Origin: Azolla caroliniana
Taxonomy: Eukaryota; Plantae; Polypodiophyta
Length of the DNA: 64,000 nt
Assembly (NCBI GenBank): GCA_043228905.1
Contig: JBHGNT010000005.1
Coordinates: 14,508,001 to 14,572,000, forward strand
Reading direction: 5' to 3'
Below are positions 1 through 12,356 of the stretch, piece by piece. The translations under genes and the position numbers were made by a program. Position 1 is the stretch's first letter, and each line of letters opens with the position of its first letter. The notes beneath the pieces are model-generated. The model searched no databases, was not told where the DNA came from, and saw only the letters and a program-made list of their open reading frames with translations.

Positions 1-2113
1 ATATAGCCTATCGATTAAAACCTTGGACCCAAAATGTATCATTCAAGGAATTTTGTTGTAAGAAATCGCAATATGTGCCCATCTAATAGAAAATTGATAA
101 AAGTATTTAACATATATATAGATAGATAGATATATTATAAAGTGTGTGGTGTAACAAAATCCAAGCTTATTGGTGGAAGCTTGTAGATTTGCTCTTAGTA
201 TTAGTACTAACTAAAGTTGTTTTACCATGTTCATGCTACAAATTTAACCATTAAAAATTGTCATGAATGGTTTGAATGGTAGATATAAGCATTAATCTGA
301 TAATTTGACCAACCTCCCAATTATCAATCTAACTCATCATCAATTCTCAAAACTAACTTTATCATCAAGAACTACATGCCAAGGATTATTCATCCCAAAG
401 AGGTTTATGGAAGGTGTTGGGCAAACCGAAACAACTACTTATCTATCTATTAAAAGTAGACCCCATTTAATATAAGAGATTTATCATAATAACAACTTTA
501 CGAACTTTGGGTATTTAGCCTTCCAAGATGTCTAAGCTCGATACATTATCCTCTTTTGGCGTCAACCACCTTGGTGGAGGTTATGTAGACTCTAGACGAT
601 AAATCTAGCTAAGTTGAATCAATGCATTAACTTTTATGTAGTTAACTCTATTAATCCTAGTGTGCAAATTCTCCTTAATATTCTTGTTTTTACTATATTG
701 ATAAAGAAAGAGGCCACAAACTTCCATGAAGTCTTGAGGGCCCCTTTTCCTTGGCCTATCTACTAAGTCATGGTCTTTTCCTTTCCTTGTCATGTTTCTT
801 TCGTCATACATTCTTGCCTTCAACAATCTACTCACTTGTACTTTCTTTGCCTCGCTTTCCAAGTTGACTCAAATGAATGAATTATGTTCAATTCAAAGAA
901 GAAAATGTCCCATTGTAACACCTCTTAGAATTCTTCATGCACCAAATATATTGATGGGAAAAAATAAATGATGAGTTGGGTTAACTTGCCCAAGCATACT
1001 TGTAACCCACATCAACGTCAATCCCCCCTCCCACGTTGTCATTCACAATAGGAATGTCAAGTAAGATTGTTAAGCGTCTGCCACCTTAAACATACTTTGT
1101 GAAGACAACGATGTGAATAAGTGACATGAAACTTACAAACACATGCACACTCACCGAGGCCAATGTTTTGTCCACCTAATGGCACCCAAAGAGGAGGACA
1201 AGAACATAACATTTCATGAATCTCAAACTTGTTGTAATGGTAGGACGGTGCCTCATCCGAACTACTGTTGGTGTATAAATTGGGAACTTCTCTTAATTAC
1301 TCTTCAACTTCTTGTTGAATTTGTTCGACAAAATCCAAATTAGTCGAATTACCATCTTCGGCACGTCGGCTTTCCGATCTCATGCATGGTCGGTCTTCTG
1401 CTTCCTATAGGCTGGTCTTTATTAGGTCGACTGGGTGACATCCATTCTCATTGCTCTCTACTCGTGGCAGATGTAATCGGGCATGCCAAATATTTTGTGT
1501 TGTCTATTCCGACCAACACAAAACATGTCCGTGTTCACAAGTCGAAGGATCGTGCACAAATGGAAGGATAAGGAATATTTTGTCTGATTTTGGGGCTTTT
1601 TTGGCCATTTCACAAAACACCTTGATACCAGTATCACATGCTCTCGAAAACTTGATGAAAAAGCTGAAAATTTCACAATTTGGTAAAGTTGGAAAATGTC
1701 AAAATTTGCCAGATACGAAAAGTAACTTTGTGTCTTTTAAAGGAAAAATGACAACTAATAATTTTTTAGATCTTAAAGAATCAAAAGCGAAAGATTTCAA
1801 AACAATCAACTTTTGTATATCATTGAATAAAATGTTGTCTAAATCTGTTACATATCGTTGTACAAAATATACATTCAGAAGTAATTTGCATCATTGTGAT
1901 CACTCCTTTCATGAGAGTCACTATTATAGCTAATATACAATTGTTACTCTTCCTCCTCATTTTCAAATGTACCAATCAAAGCATTGTCTTCATCTAAAAC
2001 CAAATGGTGTCTCCAAATTATGTGCACTAAATCTTGTTCACATTCAATCTGAGACACCTTTAAGACTTGGTAATTTCTCTTTTATTATTTCTATCGTTGA
2101 CATCCTTAAACAT

Positions 2114-2336
2114 TGTTATCGTACGAGATGTATGGGTGATTGATAAGTAAGGGTGAACGATGTAATGTATGTGTAATCTTATACGATTATGAGTGTGAAT
2201 GTAAGTGTGAGTGGTGGATACAAAGAGGTGTGAGTGAGTGACTAGGTGTGAATGCCCAAGGGGCTTGCACCCTTGTGGATCTACCCCTTTGTACCTATTT
2301 AACCCCTTATGGGGAGTGAATGAAGACAATAACCAT

Positions 2337-2371
<35 letters not shown>

Positions 2372-2544
2372 CTTACGTTGAACCCCCTTGGGAGGGGGGT
2401 GGAGCCCGCCCCTCAATGCTTGTCTTGTTCTTCATGATCTTTCACCATCATCATCACACATACATTATCAATCTACCATGATTGTTAACCCTATTCCTAT
2501 CTTTATCATTATCATCATTAACCCTAACCCTAAAACCCATAACA
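2114..2544 (+). mobile_element. Solo LTR (431 bp)
   Basis: TGTTAT...ATAACA termini; 5-bp TSD AACAT (2109-2113 / 2545-2549); (CT)n tract; resembles the reverse complement of 6653-6996. Confidence 0.8.
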
Positions 2545-2546
2545 AA

Positions 2547-3311
2547 CATCCAACTTTTGTCAGTGTAAAGTCATACGCAATGATTACTATCAACACAATT
2601 ATTCTAAAAACAGAGATTTTAGTACAATTTGATGCAATGTACATAACGAATTCAGATTGCAATACAATTCGATACTCAGGTTCAAAGTGTTTTCATCACA
2701 ATTCGATTCTTAGTATCAAATTTAGGCTCAAGGTTTTAATTTTATTAAATTTAGTTTTTTTCAGAAAAAAAAACTTTAAACCTAAACTCGATACTATGTA
2801 TCGAATTCAAGTTTCGAATTGTGATGAAAGCATCACAATTTGATACTTAGAAAAAAAGAAAAAATAAATAAACTTTAAACTTGAACTCGATAGTAAGTAT
2901 TGAATTGTAATGAAAACACCCTATTTTCATCACAATTCAATACTTAGTATAGGGTGTTTTCATTACAATTCGATACTTAGTATCGAATTCAGGTTAAAAT
3001 TTTTGTTTTTTTTGAATTCGGGTTTCGATTTGTGATGCTTTCATGACAATTTGATACTTACAAAATTATAAAAAATAAGAAAACTTTAAACCTAAATTCG
3101 ATAGTAAGTATCAAATTGTAATGAAAACGTATCGAATTCAGGTTTAAAGTTTTATTTTATTTTATTTTGTAAGCATCGAAATCAGGTTTTAAGTTTTGAA
3201 TACAATCTGAATTCGTTACATTGTATCGAATTGTATTGAAATCTATGTTTTTAAAATAATTGTGTCGACGGTAATCATTGTGTATGACTTTACACTGACA
3301 AAAGTTGGACG
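2547..3311. repeat. ~765-bp foldback / long imperfect palindrome (MITE- or FB-like)
   Basis: CATCCAACTTTTGTCAGTGTAAAGTCATAC at 2547 is the reverse complement of GTATGACTTTACACTGACAAAAGTTGGACG ending at 3311; internal repeats of CAATTCGATACTTAGTATCGAATT; centre ~2935; no TSD found. Confidence 0.75.
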
Positions 3312-3312
3312 A

Positions 3313-4376
3313 TGTCGTGAAGATCCATCACTACGCACGGATCGTGAGGCGGAACCGCCAGGGTTCTGGACCGGAAGGATTCAAAGTCGGTACAAGCTTT
3401 GGCGAGAAAGTACTTAAGATAGATTGGGAAAGAGAGAAGTTGAGATTAAACGATTGAGAGAGATTGATTGAACTTTTATCTTTGGATTTAAGAAACAAGT
3501 TACACCATCAATTTGATAACGAATTTCTTCTTCTTAATTTCATAATAATAAAAAAACCGTGTTTTTTCTCCTCCCCCTTCCCTCTTTTATAGATGCTCTC
3601 ATGCATATGATGCATGTGAGGGTACAAGACATGCATAAATTGCATGTTTGCCATTTGGCGCTTATATATTACATGTGGTGCATGATAACCATGTCACTCA
3701 TTTTAGCTCTCATGTATGAGAATTTACATGTAAAAGTACAATGATAGAAATATAATTTCAACTAAATAGCATGGCTTAATGGTAAGCCAATTGACTCCTA
3801 ACTTGGAGGTGCAAGGTTTGAATCCTTACTTGCCCTCCTTGTACATGTAAATACGTATATATATTTATATATTTATTTATCTAGTCGTCGGACGCCGGTT
3901 CGCATCGCCGGATGCCGTCGGTTACCGGTGCGTCGCCGGATACCGGTGCCTCGCCGGATGCCATCGGATCACCGTCTTCATCGCTGGTCCAGTTTTGGTT
4001 GGCCAAAACCCTTTACGAGTAGCTAGCCCACCTCCATTCTTAGTTCAAGTTACCTTGAACTCTCTATGCTCCACACATAGACACAAAGATAATATCTTTT
4101 GCTCCACCTTATATATGATGAGAGTTGTATTTGTCGTGCCTATGTGGGATATCTCACAAATTTCTCTTTTCCTTTCACAAACTTTATACCCTCATATCTT
4201 GACATTTAGTTGTCCGTTTCTCGTGTAATAAAGTGCATTCGAAACCTCCATCATTTCGTACTTAGATATTAAATCTATTTAAAATGTTATCTTCACAATT
4301 ATTGTACTATGTGATTCATACTCGATTTCATATGTTTTATGGGATTTTCACACTATTGCCGAAAATCTTCACGACA
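3313..4376 (-). mobile_element. Solo LTR (1064 bp) of the tRNA-Trp-primed family
   Basis: 12-bp terminal inverted repeat TGTCGTGAAGAT...ATCTTCACGACA; 4-bp TSD ACGA; TATA-like CTATAAAAG on minus strand (~3584-3592); homologous to 29841-30861 + 63645-63844. Confidence 0.85.
3768..3837 (+). promoter_or_regulatory. tRNA-like Pol III A/B-box cassette in LTR U3 (antisense to LTR)
   Basis: A-box-like TGGCTTAATGG and B-box-like GGTTTGAATCC at tRNA spacing; more degenerate copy at ~30365-30438. Confidence 0.55.
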
Positions 4377-5231
4377 ACGAGCAAGTGAGTTTCATTCACA
4401 TGAGGATTAAAGCCTTAACGTTTTCATCATGGATCGCATGAACCAATTCCTCCATTAGCGGCGACCTTAGGGAGCTTATTGATTTTGACGACGCGCTAGT
4501 AGAGGACCCTACCATTGCTAACCTATGTGGAGTAGATACTATTGCACAAATTTTGGAGGAGAGTTCTCAAAAGGAAGAAGATGAGAGCAGTGTGGATACC
4601 CTGATAACTATGTGATATGCTCCAAGGATGTATTAATGTTCACGTCTAGGTTTGACAGTTTTGATAGTTCATGAATATTGTCTACATTTTTGGAGTTCTG
4701 ACTTTATGGATGTTGATGAGCACTAAATTTATAGATTTTGATGACAATTCCGGAACCTACATCTCCTCAAGATGGTGAAACCATTAATCTTAACTTGTGC
4801 TTTGAGTTAACCATTGTGATTTTCCTTAAGTTAACTACATTTTATATGTAGACCATCAACGGTTAAACAAATTTTGTCGAAAAACTATTGAATTTTAGAA
4901 ATTATCATTTTGACATTTGTTAAATCTCAAAAAATTAGCAAATTTTATTTGTTATTTATGACATGTGATATTGGTGTATCAACTTTTTGAACATTGCCTA
5001 AAATTGCAGATTATAAAAGGAATCTAATAATGGAATGTGCAATCCTTCCACTTTTGAACGTGAATGTCTTACAAAGGGTCGAACTTCTTAATCACTAAGT
5101 CGTTCTATCAAGAGGATTGTGATTGGAGATGGAATGTCCGTTGACTCCAACAAATGCTCTCTCAGAGCATTACGTAGACATTAATTCATCATACTTACTC
5201 AATACTATTAGGCGATATTATATTGATCGAT

Positions 5232-5559
5232 TGTTAGTTATATATAATAATCTGTGAAATACAGAAAAAATGGCAAAGCATACGGCACAACATAAACTCT
5301 AACTAATATAATAAAAACAAACCGATATTGATACAATGCTCTCGGTCCCTTTTATAGGCGACTTGAGAGAATCTTCCAAGATAATACACTTGCCTATTCG
5401 GCAAGAACCTACATTTACACTAACTATTCTATTCTACTTTTCCTACTTGGCAAAAATCCCTATTTCGGCTACTTCCTTTCACACTTGTCTATTACTACTT
5501 TGACTCCGACTTTGACTTTGACTCTGAATAATATACTTCGGCTAGCCGACCAGCTAACA
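5232..5559 (-). mobile_element. Putative LTR fragment
   Basis: TGTTAG...CTAACA termini; CCTATAAAAG on minus strand; no matching TSD. Confidence 0.4.
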
Positions 5560-5750
5560 CTACCAAAACAACTTGAGATGGGTCACTCATCTTCCTCATC
5601 ATCTACGTGGACGACATGCTATTCTCCGACCGACATGTTGGAGAGCTTGCCGATCTCGTTCAACAACTACAGTTGAAGTTTGCCATGAAGAACCTTGGTC
5701 TAGCAAGACACATTTTAGGGATGAAGATAAGTCGGCTTCATCATCGAACA
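5560..5750 (+). pseudogene. Ty1/copia reverse transcriptase fragment
   Basis: [11 protein letters not shown]...KFAMKNLG...ILGMKI motif. Confidence 0.8.
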
Positions 5751-6652
5751 CTATTGAGATATCAAGCTCAACATAGTTTAGTCGTTTAGTCAACACACGT
5801 AACTTAGTAGTTACCTAGATAGAATCTAGTTAGTGTGTTGACCTTAAAGCCTTAAATAGGATTTTGTACTTGACTAGGATACATTATAGATCCTCCACTC
5901 CCATGTTCATTTAATATAGGACTTACATGGTTGTACCTATATTCTCCACACACATGTGCACCCTTGCACATGAGATATATAATACCTCATTGTAGATATT
6001 TTTGTATTTGATGATGCTTTTTCATATAGTTAATCATCGCCCATCTTGCCCCATCGTTCATAGTGTTATCTTCCTCTCACACACATACACACATATCACA
6101 TAACCTTCCGTTGCTTAACTTAATCACATAATTAGGTACTAATTAACCCGAAGTTAATTACCTAATTCCTAACATGGTATCAGAGCATGTGGTTTAGAAA
6201 ACCCACTAAGCCCACCCAACTCTTCGTGATTGTGTGTTCGAGTGTCACGAACGGGTGGAATGAGGCTAAGTACTAAGAGAGAGCGAGAGCATAAGCAAGT
6301 TCACAAGATTGTTAAGGACAAGTAGACGAGGCTCAATATTAAGAGATAGCGGGAGATAGAGCATAGACAAGAGAACAAGCAAGAGAGGGGATAAACAAAT
6401 AAACAAGAACTGTATATGCTTTCGTAACTGGTGTTGTTCACCTTGATTGTAATCAAGGTGCACCCTAGTATTTATACAAGAATGTGGAGGTATGCATGAA
6501 AGCTAGAAGACTTCTAGAGAGTGCATGAAGATGCATTCTCTAGAAGGTTCTTGAAAGTTCTAGTGATCAATCTATAATGAAATAAGTTGAGTCTTACACA
6601 ATACAATAATGCATAGATGGATGTAGCTCAATTGGTAAGGTTGCCCAATAAG

Positions 6653-6996
6653 TGTTGTTGGGGTGGGGGGTGAAGCCTAGAATGGTTTCACCCCCCTCCT
6701 AAGGGGGTTACGTGTGAGGGAAAGAGAGAAGTAAAGAAAATAGAGAATGACACGAAATGAGAGAGGGGAAAAATGTATATCCATTACTTGCCCCATAAGG
6801 GGTTTATATAATACATAATGTAACGGTAAATAATGACCTTTACAAAAGAGACGACCATTACACTCTTGTCACATGCACATAATTGTGCATGTGCTCACAC
6901 ATACTCATCCTCACACTCATATACATTACACATACCGAACAACCCCTTTAACGTGTTTTACCCTTATACCACCCCGTACAACTCCTACGGGTAACA
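6653..6996 (-). mobile_element. Solo LTR (344 bp) inserted into the gypsy 3' LTR
   Basis: TGTT...AACA; TSD ATAAG; absent from partner LTR 11293-11764. Confidence 0.9.
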
Positions 6997-7069
6997 ATAA
7001 GACCAGAAGGTCATGGGTTCAACCCCCACCACTCCATGTGGCATCCTGTCTATGACATTATCCTCCCTC

Positions 7070-10000
7070 TAAGGTCGCCTCCTTGGACCCGCGGCTAGTT
7101 TTTGTGGATAACGTTCATGAAATGCTCGAACTTTGTCTGGGGCATGCTTGAGATTATGTGTCGGCTCCCATGTTGCTTCGGAGATCGGGTACCCTTTCTA
7201 GAGGATAAGGGATTGAAGCTGGCGAAGAAAGAGACAAGAGTCGAGAATTTGGTCTACCTCATATTCTTCTTCGGTTGAGAGCTGGATTGGTGGTGGAGGA
7301 GATGGGTGTCGACTGGGGATTTCAGATATATGACGAGGTTCTAGAAGGGAGACATGGAATACATTATGAATATGAAAGTGGGATGGTAGCTCTAAGCGGA
7401 CAACCATGGAACCAATTTTCTCAATGATTCGGAAAGGGCCTAACTTCTTGTAATCAAGCTTCGGACAAGGACGAACGATGGAGAAGCCAAACAAAGTCTC
7501 CTACCTCGAACTAGGGAGCATCTAAGCGATGAAGGTCAACTTGCTCCTTGTAGCGTTCGCCAGCGAGGGTGAGCTCCAAGGAAAGATCGTGATGTACATC
7601 CTCCAAGAGACGTGCCCGGTCTTCCGCAGAAGGATTGACAGAGTCAGAGGGAAGCAAAATTTTGAAGCGGGGGTGGAGACCGTAGTTGGCGAAAAATGGA
7701 GTAACTCCCGTAGATGCATGCAAAGAGTTGTTGTAGGCGAACTCGGCAAGTGGGAGAAGGTCAAACCAGTTGTCTTGTTGGTAACTAAGAGAGCACTGCA
7801 AGTATTGTTCCAAGGTTTGGTTAACCTGCTCTGTTTGTCCATCGGTTTGCGGATGATAAGCGGAAGATAGATTCATAGTACAATCGAAGGTTTGCAGAAG
7901 GCGCCGCCTGAAATTGGAAACAAATTGTGGTCCTCGATCAGAAGTGATATCGTTCGGGAGTCCATGTAGTTGTACCACATTTTTGAAAAACAAATCGACT
8001 GTCTCCTCTCTGGTAATGGTTTTGGCACATGAGCAAAATGAGCCATCTTGGTGAAGCGATTGACCATGATGAATATTGAGCCATAACCACCAACAAAGGG
8101 AAGGTCAGTGATGAAATCCATGGAAAGAGAGGCCCAAGGCCGTTTGGGGATTGGGAGAGGGCGAAGGAGACCATATGGTCGATGATGAGATGCTTTAGAG
8201 TGAGCACAAACGTTGCATGACTTAACGAACTCTTTGACCAATTTCCATGGTTGTGGCCACCAGTATCCCCGAGATATCAACTCCAAGGTTTTCGCAATGC
8301 CAAAATGACCAACAAGTGGATCATCGTGACACTCGTGAAGCACCCTTGTCCAACAAGGACCTTCTGGGACATACAAAAGATTATCTCGAAACAAAAGATT
8401 ATCCTAAATTGTAAAACGAGCTAAATCAGGTCTTTTGGGTTCATGGGAGGGGTTTGTGATACTTGCCTTGACCTTTGTGGTGAACTTGTTGTATATGGGG
8501 TAGTTGATTCTTCAAAAGCAGCAATAATAGCAAGAAGCTCCTTGTCGTATATGGGTAGTTGATTTCTGGGGCCGTGAATTAGTGGGAGTAGGTGAAGCAC
8601 ACTGACCTCATCTGGTTGGGAGAGGATCGCCCCAATGGCGAAATCGGAAGCATCTGTTTCGACTTGGAAAGGCTTAGTTGGGTCAGGATGTAAATGGACT
8701 GGTGCCATAGTAAAGGCTTGTTTCAGCAAGTCATATGCCTTTTGGGCAGTTGTTGTCCATTCGAAAGTAACATCCTTGCGGGTAAGAGCAATGAGAGGTT
8801 GTGTGATCACTGAGAATCCTTTGGTGAAGCGACGATAAAAATTGGCAAAACCAAGGAATGATTGCACATCTCGTATTTGAGTTGGGACAACCCACTCTTG
8901 CATAGTCTTGACTTTCCGTGTGTCCATTGTGATTCCCTGTGTCAAAATGACATACCCAAGAAACTCTATAGAAGTACGATCAAATTCACATTTTTCACTT
9001 TTAGCATAGAGTTCATGCTCGCGAAGTTTGGCAAGGACTAACCTGACATGTCGAGTATGCTCCTTGATGTTCAAAGAGAAGACCAAGATATCATCTAGAT
9101 AGATCACAACAAAGTGATCTTGATATTCTCGGAAGATGTCATTTATCATATGTTCCAATATTGCAGGCGCATTGGTGAGGCCGAAAGGCATTACCTTATA
9201 CTCGAAATTTTCGTAGCGCGTTCTAAAGGCAGTTTTCCATTCCTCTCCAGGTTTGATCCGTACCAAATTGTATGCTACCATAGGTCAATCTTGGGGGATC
9301 TTCCCAGTCTAGAGTAGATCTAATAGCTTTGGGATGAGAGGAAGTGGGTAGTGGTTGCGAACAGTAATCTTCTTTAGACCTCGATAGTCGACGGAGAGGC
9401 GTAACGATCCATCTTTCTTTTTCACGAACAAAATAGGAGCTCATACTGGTGATTTTGAGGGTTGAATAAAACCCTTTTCAAGGTTCTCGTCGAGATACAT
9501 TCGGAGTGCCTGGAGTTCTGGTTCAGACAACCCATAAATTGGACGAAAGGGAGGACTTGCACCTTCTTGTAGATCGATCGGACAGTTGTAGCATCGATGC
9601 TCAAGCAAGTGATCAACATTCTTTTTCTCCAATACGTCCTTGAAGTCTTCATACTTGGACGGTAGTGAGTCAGTATATGCCCTCATTGGATTGCTCAACG
9701 AGGCATTATGCACTATTTTCCTTGTTGTGACTGGGATGTGAGCATATGCCTTGGAGTTGATTCCTGCATTAATGGGAGGGTGAGTGCCTGCAACAACATG
9801 AGATATTGCTTGCACCTACGAGCTGGTTTGGGAGAAAGTAATCGAGTGATTGCGCCAATCAACAAGTGGATTATGTGCCTTCAGCCAGGACAAACCAAGG
9901 ATGACCGGATGTCGCGGTGAAGTGATAACATAAAACGTTAAGGCCTCCTGGTGGTTGCCGAGCTGTAAGATAAGTGGGACAATGGCTTCAGTGATTGCTC

Positions 10001-11259
10001 CCGAAGAAAGAATGCGTCCATCGATAGCTTCCATTGGGATTGGCTTGGACAATTGGACAACCAGGAATTTGTGTTTACGAACGAACCTTTCATCCATAAA
10101 ACACGTTGTTGCCCTGAAATCTAGAAGTGTTAAGGATCTAATTGAAATCGACTTGAAATGGATGCTTACCGAAAAGGAGAAATCTTCTGTCGATGTAGCC
10201 GAACTATGGGAGCGACACGAATGCGGATTATCCAACCATATGGCTCCTACTGTAGTTGGACACTGTCGTTTTCCCGTTGTTGGGGCCGTCTTGTCGTATT
10301 GTTTGTAGATATTTATCGTTGATTATTCTTGATTGGGCAAAAACGAATGAGATGGGTGGATGCACCACAATATAAACATAGTCCATTGGTTCGGCGATAC
10401 CTCTGTTCACCCTCGGTGAGTGGCGGGTCGCGAGCTCGATCAATTTCCATCGGCACGGGGTTATCGTACGATGATGATGGAGAAGATCTTGAAGAGGGTT
10501 TCCACCTTGAAGTTGCTTGTTCCTCTTGACGAAGCTCAAACAATCGATTGTCACAACTAATTGCTTGCATGATGGCTTGCGACAATGACGTAGGCTCCGA
10601 AAAGTTGAGTAGTAAATGTTTAATCTCGCTTCGAAGGCCCTGACGAAAATGGTCGTAGAGAGCTTGGACATCCCACTGAACATCACATGCTAATTGTCTA
10701 AATTCAGAGGCATAAATGGATACCGAACGCATACCTTGATGTAATGAATAGAGTTTGATGATGACAGTTTGGCGTCGGTCTGTATCCCCAAATGTTGCCT
10801 CAAACTTTGCCAGAAAGACAGGAAAATTTTGTAGAAGTGGTGATGAAGTTTCGACCAACGGTGCAAACCAGGCTTGTGCAGCTCCGGACAGAAGGGCCCC
10901 GATGCGACCAACTTGACGAAAATCATCCGCATACTGTTGAGGCTGTAGTTGGATAATAAGCTTGATCTGATTATGAACCCTTGGAAGTGCTTCCTTGTGC
11001 CATCGAAATTGTCAGGTAAACTAATATTGGGCTTCAAACTTGTAGTGGGATGGGAAGGAATCGGAGAAAGCATAGACGAGGAACCATGCTCTACAGGTAG
11101 AACATTTGTTGATGTAGGAGGAGAGTTGTTTTTTTCTTCGAGTTCCATCGTTGTTCCAACTTGAAGCTTCTGTAATGATTCCCGAAGGTTGTCATTCTCA
11201 AGTTGAAGTTGATACATGGCTTCCATGAGGTGATTTATTCTCTCCGTAAGATCTGACAT
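7070..11259 (-). pseudogene. Fragmented gag-pol of chromovirus
   Basis: CLYCGASTHLIRFC knuckle; LLDFRAT protease site; YLDD RT; ETDASDFA RNase H; SDRGPQF integrase; EYEVDQILD chromodomain; many frameshifts and stops. Confidence 0.9.
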
Positions 11260-11675
11260 CTTGAGGCTTAGAAAATGAGAAGGTGAACAAACTGTCACGA
11301 ACGGGTGGAATGAGGCTAAGTACTAAGAGAGAGCGATAGCATAAGCAAGTTCACAAGATTGTCAAGGACAAGTAGACGAGGCTCAATATTAAGAGATAGC
11401 GGGAGAGAGAGCATAGACAAGAGAACAAGCAAGAGAGAGGATAAACAAATAAACAAGAACTGTATATGCTTTCGTAACTGGTGTTGTTCACCTTGATTGT
11501 AATCAAGGTGCACCCTAGTATTTATACAAGAATGTGGAGGTATGCATGAAAGCTAGAAGACTTCTAGAGAGTGCATGAAGATGCATTCTCTAGAAGGTTC
11601 TTGAAAGTTCTAGTGATCAATCTATAATGAAATAAGTTGAGTCTTACACAATACAATAATGAATAGATGGATGTA

Positions 11676-11743
11676 GGATGTAGCTCAATTGGTAAGGTTG
11701 CCCAATAAGACCAAAAGGTCTAGGCTCAACCCCTACCATTCCA
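11676..11743 (+). promoter_or_regulatory. tRNA-like cassette at LTR 5' end (antisense to element)
   Basis: GGATGTAGCTCAATTGGTAAGG...AGGTC...GG(C/T)TCAACCC...TCCA; 5' end resembles plant tRNA-Ala; second copy 6619-7036 is split by a solo LTR. Confidence 0.6.
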
Positions 11744-11821
11744 TGTGGCATCTTGTCTATGACATCGAGACGCCGATGAAAAAATCCGACTATCCACTAC
11801 TGTAGTGCCGCTACGTAGCAC

Positions 11822-12297
11822 TAGCAATGGGAGCGGTTCGGTTCGGTTTCTTGGCCTTGAAACCAAACCAAACCATTTTTTTATATTAAAAATCAAACCA
11901 AACTGTTTAAATTTTATGAAGCCATTTAAACCGTACCGTTTATGAAAAATTTAGAACCAAACCAAATCGGTTTATCATAAATCAAAACCAAACCAAATCG
12001 ATAAACCTATAAACCTTTAAACCTTCAAAACTTTTAAACCTTTAAAACTTTAAAACTTTAAACCAAACCACATAAGCCGAAACCGCTAAACCGTGAAATT
12101 CAAAACCGAACCGAACCGAAGCCGATAAGCCGCTAAACCGCTAAACCATGAAATTGAAAACCGAACTGAACCGAAACCAAACCGGATCATAATATTTGAA
12201 ACCAAACCAAACGGTTTATTTATCTTTGAACCAATAAACCGTTAAGCCATGGCTTAACGGTTCGGTTCAGTTTGAGCCGAAACCGTGCCCATTGTTA
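11822..12297. mobile_element. hAT-type MITE (476 bp)
   Basis: TIR TAGCAATGGG / CCCATTGTTA; 8-bp TSD CGTAGCAC/TGTAGCAC; many AAACCG/AACCGA subterminal repeats. Confidence 0.85.
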
Positions 12298-12356
12298 TGT
12301 AGCACATGTACGTGACCGAAGGAAGGAAAACAAAAACGAAAGACACTACAATCAAC

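Larger units (their letters stand above)
6243..11764 (-). mobile_element. Ty3/gypsy chromovirus (Tcn1/Tf1-sushi-like), decayed, both LTRs present
   Basis: LTRs 6243-7057 and 11293-11764 (TGTCA...TGACA); TSD TCGAG; PPT AGAGGGAGGATAA; order gag-PR-RT-RH-INT-chromodomain. Confidence 0.95.

Noticed and set aside
1-2100. Short ORFs and a possible hAT-transposase remnant (~480-570, minus)
   Set aside because: No convincing motif; too degenerate to call.
4380-5230. Possible host exon with an acidic stretch
   Set aside because: No sustained ORF or recognisable domain.
11676-11743. Functional tRNA genes in LTRs
   Set aside because: Acceptor and anticodon stems do not pair properly; reported only as tRNA-like promoter cassettes.
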